Positions 55,640 through 64,000 of a stretch of 64,000 bases of DNA are shown here, piece after piece. The position numbers were made by a program, and so were the translations under genes. Position 1 is the stretch's first letter. Each line of letters starts with the position of its first letter. The notes beneath the pieces were generated by a model. The model was not told where the DNA came from and did not search any database. It saw only the letters and a program-made list of their open reading frames with translations. This stretch comes from an uncultured bacterium (GTDB lineage: Bacteria; Muiribacteriota; Ozemobacteria; Ozemobacterales; Ozemobacteraceae), in contig CAMJNS010000004.1 in assembly GCA_946407375.1 (NCBI GenBank), forward strand, positions 3,480 through 67,479. The letters are read 5' to 3'.

Positions 55640-57406
55640 TCAGTCTTCGACTATCTTCAAGTGAAGTTCCTTTAGTTGTTTTTCTGTAGCTTCGGCAGGT
55701 GCTTGCATTAACAAGTCTTGAGCCTTCTGATTCAATGGGAAGCAGATAACTTCACGAATGTTCTGTTCGTTAGCAAGCAACATTGTGATTCTATCAATTC
55801 CAGGTGCAATACCGCCGTGAGGTGGAGCACCAAACTTGAATGCTCTAATCATGCCGCCAAATTTTTCATCAACAACTGATTTGTCATAACCAGCAATTTC
55901 AAAAGCCTTATACATGATTTCTGGCTTGTGGTTTCTTATAGCACCGGAGCTTAATTCGATACCATTGCAGACTATATCATACTGATATGCCTTGATTGTT
56001 AATGGATCTTGATTTAAAAGAGCATCTAAGCCACCTTGTGGCATTGAGAATGGGTTATGGCTGAATATTGTCTGACCAGTTTCTTCGTCTTTTTCAAACA
56101 TTGGGAAATCGTTAACCCAGCAGAATCTGAAAGCATTCTTTTCACGCAAATCAAGTTCGTCTGCAAGTTTTATTCTCAATTTTCCTAAGATTACAGAAGC
56201 TTTTAGCTTTTCGTCTGCAACCATCAATATTGCAGAACCTGCTTCTGCTTTCATTCTCGCTTTAAGTTCAGCTTTAACTTCATCATTTAAAAGCTTTGTT
56301 ACTGTGCCTTTAACTTCGGTATCAGTATAAATCAAAGTTGCAAGGCCAGCAGCACCGTTTTCTTTGCAAGAAGCTTCTAAGTTAGAATAGAACTTTCTAG
56401 ACTTGTCACCAACATTGTTAACGCAAATTGCTCTAACTGCTTTACCGCTATCAACAGCACCTTTGAGGAAATTTCCTTCGGTTTTTGCGATTATATCAGA
56501 GACATCTTCGATTTCGAGACCATAGCGAAGGTCTGGCTTGTCGCAACCCCATCTGTTCATAGCCTGTTCATAGCTGATACGTGGGAATGTCGGACCAGTA
56601 ACTTTAGCCCCAGGAGCGAGTTCTGTGAACAAGCTTACAAAGAGTTTTTCCATAGCTTCAAAAACTTCGTCCTGAGTACAGAAAGACATTTCAACATCTA
56701 ACTGGTAGAATTCTCCAGGAGAACGGTCTGCACGAGCATCTTCGTCTCTGAAACATGGAGCAATCTGGAAATATTTGTCGAAACCAGAAACCATAAGCAG
56801 TTGTTTGAACTGTTGTGGAGCCTGTGGTAATGCGTAGAATTTGCCAGGATAAAGTCTTGAAGGAACAAGATAGTCTCTAGCACCTTCTGGAGAGCTGCTT
56901 GTTAAAATAGGAGTCTGAAATTCTGTGAATCCCATTTCAATCATGCGCTTACGAATTCCAGCTATAACTTTAGAACGTAAAAGAATGTTCTTGTGAAGCT
57001 TTTCACGGCGCAAATCCAAGAATCTGTAAGTAAGTCTAGTTTCTTCTGGAGCGTTGTCATCATCAGCAACCTGCATTGGAAGAACATCTGCAGCACTCTG
57101 AACAATAACGGAAGTAGCTTCTACTTCAATTTCGCCTGTTGGCATATCTTTGTTAATGTTTTCGCCACGGCTTAAAACCTTGCCTTCAACAGTTACTACT
57201 GATTCAATTCTAGTATCGTTAAAAACTTTATATGCATCTGTGCCTGGGTTGGCAAGAACCTGAGTAATACCATAATTGTCACGAAGAGTAACAAAAAGCA
57301 TACCGCCTAAGTCACGTTTGCGGTGTATCCAGCCGGATAGTTTTACTTCTTTACCGACATCTGAACCACGAAGTTCACCACATGTATGGGTTCGATAAAT
57401 ATTCAT
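55640..57406 (-). CDS. aspS: aspartate--tRNA ligase
   Basis: 588 aa; class II motifs incl. CFRDEDARADR and GGIAPGIDR. Confidence 0.95.
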   Translation of the reverse strand: MNIYRTHTCGELRGSDVGKEVKLSGWIHRKRDLGGMLFVTLRDNYGITQVLANPGTDAYKVFNDTRIESVVTVEGKVLSRGENINKDMPTGEIEVEATSVIVQSAADVLPMQVADDDNAPEETRLTYRFLDLRREKLHKNILLRSKVIAGIRKRMIEMGFTEFQTPILTSSSPEGARDYLVPSRLYPGKFYALPQAPQQFKQLLMVSGFDKYFQIAPCFRDEDARADRSPGEFYQLDVEMSFCTQDEVFEAMEKLFVSLFTELAPGAKVTGPTFPRISYEQAMNRWGCDKPDLRYGLEIEDVSDIIAKTEGNFLKGAVDSGKAVRAICVNNVGDKSRKFYSNLEASCKENGAAGLATLIYTDTEVKGTVTKLLNDEVKAELKARMKAEAGSAILMVADEKLKASVILGKLRIKLADELDLREKNAFRFCWVNDFPMFEKDEETGQTIFSHNPFSMPQGGLDALLNQDPLTIKAYQYDIVCNGIELSSGAIRNHKPEIMYKAFEIAGYDKSVVDEKFGGMIRAFKFGAPPHGGIAPGIDRITMLLANEQNIREVICFPLNQKAQDLLMQAPAEATEKQLKELHLKIVED

Positions 57407-57560
57407 TTGATCTTCCTTACTATATAAGATTAGTAATAGATTAAAGTATTATAAAGCTATTATAATAACAAATACATTTATAGCTTTACTCTAAGCTATA
57501 AAGATGAGAAATTCTACCTCAACCCTAATAAAACTTCAAGAGGTTAAAGAAAAGAGGGCA

Positions 57561-57849
57561 GGGCAAACGCAAACTTTTTTAGCTACTAATCTATATTTTA
57601 GAAGTAGCGTCCTTTTTGGACGCTTTAGTTTTTTAGTATCTATTCCTAGGGCATCTTCGATGCCCTAGGTTATTAATGTAGTGACCTTTCGGTCACTTTA
57701 TATGTCCGAAAGGACATTACTTTATTAACCTAGGGCGTTGAAAACGCCCTAGGGACAGATGATATATACCCACTCGTCCGATAAGGACGACACAAAAAAC
57801 AGATACTTTATAACACTGATCAATAAACGAAAAAAGTTTGCGTTTGCCC
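57561..57849. repeat. 289-bp element: 20-bp perfect terminal inverted repeats enclosing six short stable hairpins (MITE-like or structured RNA)
   Basis: GGGCAAACGCAAACTTTTTT (57561-57580) and its complement AAAAAAGTTTGCGTTTGCCC (57830-57849). Hairpins at 57606-24, 57645-69, 57681-96, 57702-17, 57729-53 and 57775-89. Confidence 0.7.
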
Positions 57850-57935
57850 TAGAAAAGATGGAACTAGATTCTTGATAAAAAATGAATAACAATTATACTA
57901 ATAATATATTCTTTAATATTTGAGAAAAACTATAT

Positions 57936-58445
57936 ATGAAAAAAATAATAATACTCTGTTTTTTATATTTATTGACTCTTACTTCAATAGCATTAGCTTA
58001 TAAACCATATCGTCCTCTTTCAAGATATAAAGCCTGCTTGTCTAACATACATGTTATACAAGGAGCTGTAGAAATGTACAATATGGATTCACCATTGATG
58101 TTAAAAGATTTGAATGAAAAATCTCTAGATAATTTAGTAAATGGTCATTATTTAAAGCAAGTTCCTATGGGACCAGATTATTCTTGCAAATATTCTTCTA
58201 AAGGTGATCTTTCAGAGGATGGCGAGGTTTATTGTGAATATCATGGAGGACTAGATAGAAACAAAATAAGACCTTCTTCTATTGTTGAACAAGAAATAGA
58301 AGAATATCTTGATGGTGAAAGAAAAAAAAGAATAATTACAAATATTTTTTATAGCATTCTTGTATTGCTTATCCTGTATTGTATTTATAGATTTTTTAGA
58401 TTTATTTGTCCACCAAAAGAAAAAAGAATTATTGATAAGAATTAA
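57936..58445 (+). CDS. hypothetical protein with N-terminal signal/anchor and C-terminal TM helix
   Basis: 169 aa; the segment KACLSNIHVIQGAVEMYNMD is faintly pilin-like but lacks a prepilin cleavage motif. Confidence 0.45.
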   Translation: MKKIIILCFLYLLTLTSIALAYKPYRPLSRYKACLSNIHVIQGAVEMYNMDSPLMLKDLNEKSLDNLVNGHYLKQVPMGPDYSCKYSSKGDLSEDGEVYCEYHGGLDRNKIRPSSIVEQEIEEYLDGERKKRIITNIFYSILVLLILYCIYRFFRFICPPKEKRIIDKN

Positions 58446-58651
58446 ACTTTTAGCCATTAATAAGAACATGGCAAAAAGAATGTTGCTCTTGATATTTAAA
58501 TTAAATTATGGCATATTAACGCAAAGCTTTTGCTTTTAAATAATAGTAAATATACTTAAAATAGCTTATGTAGATAAAATTGTTAGATAATAACACTTTT
58601 ATTAAGATAGGTTATTCTAAAAATAATAAATAATAAGGTTGGCACAAATTC

Positions 58652-61600
58652 ATGCATCTAAAGTCACTAGAGCTGATGGGCTTTAAGTCTTTTGGCCGCA
58701 AGACTGTTTTTGATTTTACACCAGGACTTACTGCTATAATAGGTCCAAATGGCTCAGGAAAGAGTAACGTATGTGACGCAATACGTTGGGTTTTAGGAGA
58801 ACAAAGCGCGAAAGCTCTTCGTGGCACAAAAATGTCCGAAGTAATTTTTGCTGGTTCTTCTGAATATAGACCATCTGCTTTTGCTCAAGTAAAGCTGATT
58901 TTAGACAATGAAGACCATTCGATGCCCGTTGATTTCTCTGAAGTAGGAATCGGCAGACAACTTTTCCGTTCTGGAGAAAGCAATTACATTCTAAACAACA
59001 CCAGAACCACCATGAGCAGTATCAAAGAACTTCTCATGGATACAGGCATAGGGAAAGACGGCTATTCAGTAATTGGTCAAGGCGATATAGATGACATTAT
59101 TTTCCAAAGAACTCAGCCTAGGCGAGTATTAATAGAAGAAGTCGCAGGAATCACAAGATTTAAGCATCGCAAAGAAAACGCTTTAAAGAAACTAGACCAT
59201 ACTCGTGTTAATATGACCCGTATAACAGATATTATTTCTGAAATAGAAAGTCAGTTGGGTCCCTTAGCTGAACAAGCTGAAAAGACAAGACAATATCAAG
59301 CGCTAGCTGCAGAAATACGCCAACTAGAAATAGATTTGATTCTATTTGATCTTAACTCTCTTTATGGAGAAAGAGACAACATCAATTCAATGAGAGTTGG
59401 TCTTTTAGCCAGAATTGAAGAAATTGAAAAATTTATAGCTGAAGTTGATGAAAAGAAAGCTGGAGCAAAAATTAAATTTGATGATTTTGACTCAGTTTTA
59501 AAAAGTCGCCAAACAGAAGTAAATAGCATAAACACAGAAATTGAAGGTCGTCGTGACAACATAAATCAGCTTTTGCAGGAAATCAAAGAAAAACAAGCTC
59601 GTAGTGGCAGACTTAAAGAAGAATTAGATGAAATTGAAAAATACCTATTAGACGGAAATGCAGAAATAACTGATGCTGGCAATAGGTTAAGAGATGAAGA
59701 AACCCAGGAATCAGAGCTTTCTGAAAAATTAGAAGAACTCAACGCTAATGTTTCGAGTGTAAAAAAAGAATATGATTCACATATTGCAGCTCTTGCCAAA
59801 GATAAAGACACTTCTGTAAAACTTGCTTTCAAAGTTGCTGAATTAAGATCTAGCAACAACATAGCTCAACAGCAGATATCTTTATACGAACAACAATTAG
59901 CAAGAGGCGAATCTAATGTTGCCAATGCTCAAGCTAATATCGATAGTATAAAAGAAAAAATAGCTAAGATAGAAAAAGAAATAGCAACGATTGAGTCAGA
60001 AATAGAACTGAATAAAAATCAGTTGAATAATGATTTCACAAGACTTGCAACAGTAGAAAAAGAATGCAAAAGCACAGAAGAAGAACTTAATTCCATTGCT
60101 GACCAAATAAAAATAAACAATAGCCGTAAAGCAATTACCGAAGAATTAATGCACAACGACAAAAGTGGCATTTATAGAGGTGTTCAAGCAGCTTTAGCAC
60201 TTAAAGATTCAGGAAGATTACCTGGTATTTGTGGCATAGTTGGAGAATTAATTAAGGTTCCAAACGGTTATGAAGTTGCATTAGAAACAGCATTAGGCGG
60301 AAGTATTCAGAGTATTATCACTCGAGATGCAGAAACAGCAAAATCAGCTATTTCCATATTAAAACAGAATAAAGCTGGTAAAGCTACTTTCTTGCCATTA
60401 GACTTAATGAAAGCTCCTCCAACAGTAGACAAGCCAAATTTCAAAGGCTGTCTTGGCGTAGCTCTTCAGATAATTCAATTTGATGCTAAATACTATACCG
60501 CTTTAAGCAATCTGTTAGGTCGTGTTCTAGTTTTTGATAACATTGACAATGCAGTTGCCTATACAAGAGTTAGTAGAAACTTTAACAGAATTGTTACTCT
60601 TGATGGCGAAACAGTCAGTGCCTCTGGTGCTATGACAGGCGGCGGAGAAGAAAAGAAATCTTCTGGTATTTTAAGCCGTAAAAGAGAGTTAGAAAATCTT
60701 ATTTCTTTGATTACTTCTCTGGAAAGCAAACAGAGAAATGTTAAAATTCAGTATAGCAAACTTACTGCTGAACGACAGAAACTTTCAGAATCTGTCAGAA
60801 CAAGAGAAACAACTATTGCTCAACGCGAAAACTCTCTTAGTTTCTTCAAGAGCCAATATGAAGTTTCTTCTTCAGAACTTAGTTCTAAGCAAAATGATTT
60901 TAATAATATCACAGCAGACCGTGAAGCTATTATAGAAGGTCTTTCTCGCTATAAAAAGGAATTATCCGACAATACTGCTGAATTATCTAATTTGGAAAAA
61001 CAGGATAAAGACTTAAAAGAAGCCTTAGAAAGCCAAAAAGATGCAGAAAATGCTATTTTAGCTAGATTGAATGCTCTTAACGAAATGATTAGCAACAAAA
61101 AAATTGAATTAGCCCAAGTTTCCGAAAGGAAAAAAGCTATTCAAAAAGAAATTGATGCTGCTAATAGACGTAGACGAGACAATGAAGGTCGTAAGAAACG
61201 AGCTACAGACGAAGCAACAGAATTAGACCAACAAAGTCAGGAAAGTCAACGAAGCGTTACTGCTTTACAAGCTGAAATAGATGAACTTACTAAAAAACGT
61301 GACACCATTACTCAAGCTATTGAAGCTGTTCAAGAGGAATATTCCAGAATGTCCAAAGAACTGGAAGTTTTGGATAGAACTTATCAAAGTAGAGTTAAGA
61401 TTATTGAATCTACTAGGAAAAAGCTTAGCGAGCTTGATGTAAAACTTGCTGAAATAAATACTCATATCAGCACAAAAGAAGGTATTCTCAATGGAGATTA
61501 CGCTTACAATCAAGATCCTGCTTTGTTCAATCCTAAAAAATATGAAAGTCGTGAAGATTTAGCTGGAAGTATTAATAGCAAACATTTTGAACAAATGGCT

Positions 61601-62278
61601 TTAGGTACAGTAAATCCTCTTGCTATAGAAGACTATGAAAAAGCTAAAGAAAGATTTGATTTCTTAAATTCACAGCTTTCTGATTTAAAAGAAGCTGCAA
61701 CTTCCTTAGAAGACCTAATTGATGAGATAGAAAAAACTTCTTCAGAAAAATTCTTAGAAGCTTTTAATCTTGTTAACACTGCTTTTGAACATATTTTTGA
61801 AATTCTTTTCCCTGGTGGAAGTGGAACATTAAAGCTTTCTAATAAAGAAGATGTTTTAACTTCAAATGTTGATGTTGTATGTAAGTTGCCAGGTAAAAAA
61901 CTCACCACTCTAGAATTATTCTCTGGTGGTGAAAAATCTATGATTTCTTTAGCTTTACTTTTCTCTATATTAGAAGTTAAACCACCCGCTTTCTGTTTGT
62001 TAGACGAAGTTGAAGCTGCATTAGATGAAGCAAATGTTAAGCGATTTAATAGAATGCTACGTAATTTTGCCGATAAAACTCAATTTCTTGTTATTACTCA
62101 TAACAAAGAAACAATGCAGACTGTTGACGTTATTTACGGTGTTACTATGCAAAAAGGCGGTATATCTAAGCCAATATCTATCAGACTTGAAGATAACGAT
62201 AAAATTAAAGAATTTTCATTTGATGGCAAAGGATCACCCAAAGAACGCAATATAAAACTCACAGAAAAAGCGGCATAG
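58652..62278 (+). CDS. smc: chromosome segregation protein SMC
   Basis: 1208 aa; GPNGSGKSNV, long coiled coils with central hinge, FSGGEKSMISLALLF, CLLDEVEAALD. Confidence 0.95.
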   Translation: MHLKSLELMGFKSFGRKTVFDFTPGLTAIIGPNGSGKSNVCDAIRWVLGEQSAKALRGTKMSEVIFAGSSEYRPSAFAQVKLILDNEDHSMPVDFSEVGIGRQLFRSGESNYILNNTRTTMSSIKELLMDTGIGKDGYSVIGQGDIDDIIFQRTQPRRVLIEEVAGITRFKHRKENALKKLDHTRVNMTRITDIISEIESQLGPLAEQAEKTRQYQALAAEIRQLEIDLILFDLNSLYGERDNINSMRVGLLARIEEIEKFIAEVDEKKAGAKIKFDDFDSVLKSRQTEVNSINTEIEGRRDNINQLLQEIKEKQARSGRLKEELDEIEKYLLDGNAEITDAGNRLRDEETQESELSEKLEELNANVSSVKKEYDSHIAALAKDKDTSVKLAFKVAELRSSNNIAQQQISLYEQQLARGESNVANAQANIDSIKEKIAKIEKEIATIESEIELNKNQLNNDFTRLATVEKECKSTEEELNSIADQIKINNSRKAITEELMHNDKSGIYRGVQAALALKDSGRLPGICGIVGELIKVPNGYEVALETALGGSIQSIITRDAETAKSAISILKQNKAGKATFLPLDLMKAPPTVDKPNFKGCLGVALQIIQFDAKYYTALSNLLGRVLVFDNIDNAVAYTRVSRNFNRIVTLDGETVSASGAMTGGGEEKKSSGILSRKRELENLISLITSLESKQRNVKIQYSKLTAERQKLSESVRTRETTIAQRENSLSFFKSQYEVSSSELSSKQNDFNNITADREAIIEGLSRYKKELSDNTAELSNLEKQDKDLKEALESQKDAENAILARLNALNEMISNKKIELAQVSERKKAIQKEIDAANRRRRDNEGRKKRATDEATELDQQSQESQRSVTALQAEIDELTKKRDTITQAIEAVQEEYSRMSKELEVLDRTYQSRVKIIESTRKKLSELDVKLAEINTHISTKEGILNGDYAYNQDPALFNPKKYESREDLAGSINSKHFEQMALGTVNPLAIEDYEKAKERFDFLNSQLSDLKEAATSLEDLIDEIEKTSSEKFLEAFNLVNTAFEHIFEILFPGGSGTLKLSNKEDVLTSNVDVVCKLPGKKLTTLELFSGGEKSMISLALLFSILEVKPPAFCLLDEVEAALDEANVKRFNRMLRNFADKTQFLVITHNKETMQTVDVIYGVTMQKGGISKPISIRLEDNDKIKEFSFDGKGSPKERNIKLTEKAA

Positions 62279-62290
62279 GAGTGTTTTATT

Positions 62291-63748
62291 ATGAGTGAAG
62301 ATCCCAAGATAACTGAAAAATCAGAAAATAAAGAAATTGTTAATACTGTTGAAAACAAAAGAGTTCCTGTTCCTGAAAAACCTTGGGATGAAGCTCGAGT
62401 AGTCGTCTTTTTAATTGGTATATGTTTATTAATTGAAGGCTTACTTATATTTTATCAAGCAGGCTCTTCACAGGTATTAGTTGCTTCTGTTACTGGCTTA
62501 GGCGGTCTAGTTATGATGCTCATGGCTTGGTTATTGCCTTTTGACATCGAACAACTAGAAGAAGTCGATGAAGAAATAATAGAAGAAAAAGAAACAAAAG
62601 CCATTTCCGAAGAAAAGAAAGTCAAACTTACCCAAGAAGTAAAATCCGAACAACAAACAACAGCTCCACCTGAAACTAAAAAAGCTGAAACAAAAGAAGA
62701 AGTAACCGAAAAAAAAAATCTAGAGACTAAAAAAGAAGATTCCTCTGCCACTTCAGAAAAAGCGGAAACAGAATCTAAGCCAGAACCAGAACTAAGCTGG
62801 TTCCAAAGGCTTACAAATGGTTTAGCGAAGACTAGAACAGGTTTTATCGGGAAGTTAAAAAAGCTTGTTCTAGGTTCAACAAAAATAGATGATGATTTAA
62901 TTGATGAAATTGAAGAAACCTTATTTGAAGCAGATGTTGGAGTAAAAACAACAGAAGAGGTTTTAAATAACTTACGTAAAAAAGTTGAAGAAGAAGACAT
63001 AAAAGATTCAAAACTAATCTATGATGACCTTCGAAATCAACTTAGAAACAAGTTAGCCAAGTATACTGAACCCCCGAGAATGAATCCTAACGGTTTAACC
63101 GTTTTCATTATTATCGGCGTTAATGGTGTTGGAAAAACTACAACAATTGCAAAACTTGCTAATAAATACAAGAAAGACGGCAAAAAGGTTATTTTAGCCG
63201 CAGGCGATACTTTTAGAGCTGCAGCTATCGATCAAATAGGTATTTGGGGCGAACGAGCCGGAGTAGAAGTCATCAGAGGCCAAGAAGGTGGAGATCCTGG
63301 TGCTTTAGTATTTGATGCAATACACGCAGCAAAGAAACGTGAAGCAGAACTTCTAATAATTGACACCGCCGGAAGAATGCACGTAAAAGCCAATTTAATG
63401 GCTGAACTGAACAAAGTTATGAAGATAGTTCAGAAGGAAAGCGATGGCGGTCCACACGAAATATTCTTAGTATTAGATGCTACTACAGGTCAGAATGCTG
63501 TCCAGCAGGCAAAACAGTTCAATGAAATACTTCCTATTACTGGTTTAATCGTTACCAAACTTGATGGAACAGCTAAAGGTGGAGTGTTATTCGCAGTTGA
63601 AGAAGAGCTTAACGCCCCAGTTAAATTCATTGGTGTTGGTGAAAAAATGGAAGATTTGATGCCATTTGATCCAGAAAAATTCTTAGAAGCTCTATTTGCT
63701 GACGAAACAGACAAAAAGAAAGAAAGCGACTATAAAGTAGTTAAATAA
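62291..63748 (+). CDS. ftsY: signal recognition particle receptor FtsY
   Basis: N-terminal TM plus acidic A-domain; NG domain with IGVNGVGKTTTIAKLA, IIDTAGR, VTKLDGTAKGG. Confidence 0.95.
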   Translation: MSEDPKITEKSENKEIVNTVENKRVPVPEKPWDEARVVVFLIGICLLIEGLLIFYQAGSSQVLVASVTGLGGLVMMLMAWLLPFDIEQLEEVDEEIIEEKETKAISEEKKVKLTQEVKSEQQTTAPPETKKAETKEEVTEKKNLETKKEDSSATSEKAETESKPEPELSWFQRLTNGLAKTRTGFIGKLKKLVLGSTKIDDDLIDEIEETLFEADVGVKTTEEVLNNLRKKVEEEDIKDSKLIYDDLRNQLRNKLAKYTEPPRMNPNGLTVFIIIGVNGVGKTTTIAKLANKYKKDGKKVILAAGDTFRAAAIDQIGIWGERAGVEVIRGQEGGDPGALVFDAIHAAKKREAELLIIDTAGRMHVKANLMAELNKVMKIVQKESDGGPHEIFLVLDATTGQNAVQQAKQFNEILPITGLIVTKLDGTAKGGVLFAVEEELNAPVKFIGVGEKMEDLMPFDPEKFLEALFADETDKKKESDYKVVK

Positions 63749-64000
63749 ATCTGGTATTTCTAAATATTGTTAAGCCTAACAAAATGAAAACAGGAGAAAA
63801 AAAGAATTCAAAATATTTTTCTGGGAAATCATGAAATATTTTGGTTTTCAAAACCTCATCTCTTTTTTCTTCTGTTAATCTTACTACATATTTTCTGTGT
63901 TTTTCACTAAAAGGGCTAGAACTATCTCCTGGACTAACACCCATAACTTCATAGTTCCACGGCTGAGATGAACTACCGTGCCAAGTACAATAAACTTCAG
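63741..64000 (-). CDS. partial CDS, 3' end only (enters from beyond the window end), function unknown
   Basis: The frame of the listed 67-aa ORF stays open upstream to position 64000 (..EVYCTWHGSSSQPWNYEVMGVSPGD..); convergent with ftsY, 8-nt overlap. Confidence 0.35.
   Translation of the reverse strand, partial: EVYCTWHGSSSQPWNYEVMGVSPGDSSSPFSEKHRKYVVRLTEEKRDEVLKTKIFHDFPEKYFEFFFSPVFILLGLTIFRNTRFI

Noticed and set aside
62455-63000. Long antisense ORFs inside well-supported genes (e.g. 181 aa opposite ftsY, 163 aa opposite nfnA at 22539-23030, 132 aa at 7587-7985, 125 aa at 17684-18061, 98-107 aa opposite smc and the pilB-like gene)
   Set aside because: Each lies wholly within a confidently identified CDS on the other strand. 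The translations are S/L/F-rich low complexity, typical of antisense frames of K/E-rich genes.

Overview
This is an AT-rich (roughly one-third GC by eye) bacterial chromosome segment. It appears to come from a diderm, since it encodes an LptD/OstA-like outer-membrane protein, an SLH-domain protein and a PilB/GspE-type ATPase. The phylum cannot be assigned from sequence alone. Positions 1-8.1 kb and 20.95-64 kb are ordinary core genome: murA, dCMP deaminase, rpiB, lptD-like, ABC transporters, an NfnAB-like oxidoreductase pair, nnr, hprK-yvcK, a PBP, rluB, a PilB-like ATPase, a TPR protein, a Clp-like AAA+, rfbA, rpsF-ssb-rpsR-(DUF2232)-rplI, yacL-like, gltX, radA, hrpB-like, an amino-acid ABC system, aspS, smc and ftsY. 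The exception is ~8.1-20.95 kb, an accessory array that abuts the 3' end of the nfnB/gltA-like gene. Four partial copies of that gene's 3' end and downstream region subdivide it. The array carries (i) a frameshifted AbiEi/AbiEii pair and (ii) remnants of an Rpn-like nuclease gene split by a GIY-YIG cassette bounded by inverted hairpin repeats. It also carries (iii) a tightly coupled four-gene operon encoding a vWA+Sel1-repeat protein, a 1083-aa HerA/FtsK-type ATPase with one hydrophobic helix, an EsaD/YeeF-like (Endonuclease_NS_2-type) nuclease and a DUF600-like immunity protein. Finally it carries (iv) a PIN toxin with a small downstream partner. The four-gene operon (12350-19314) is my best candidate for an undescribed conflict system, either defence or toxin delivery. 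The window also holds GC-rich modular hairpin repeats (GATTGCCACG...CTCGCAATGACG), one of them inserted in frame in the hrpB-like helicase gene, and a 289-bp hairpin-bundle element upstream of aspS. I saw no rRNA, tRNA or CRISPR array. All family calls come from motif recognition by eye, not from database searches.
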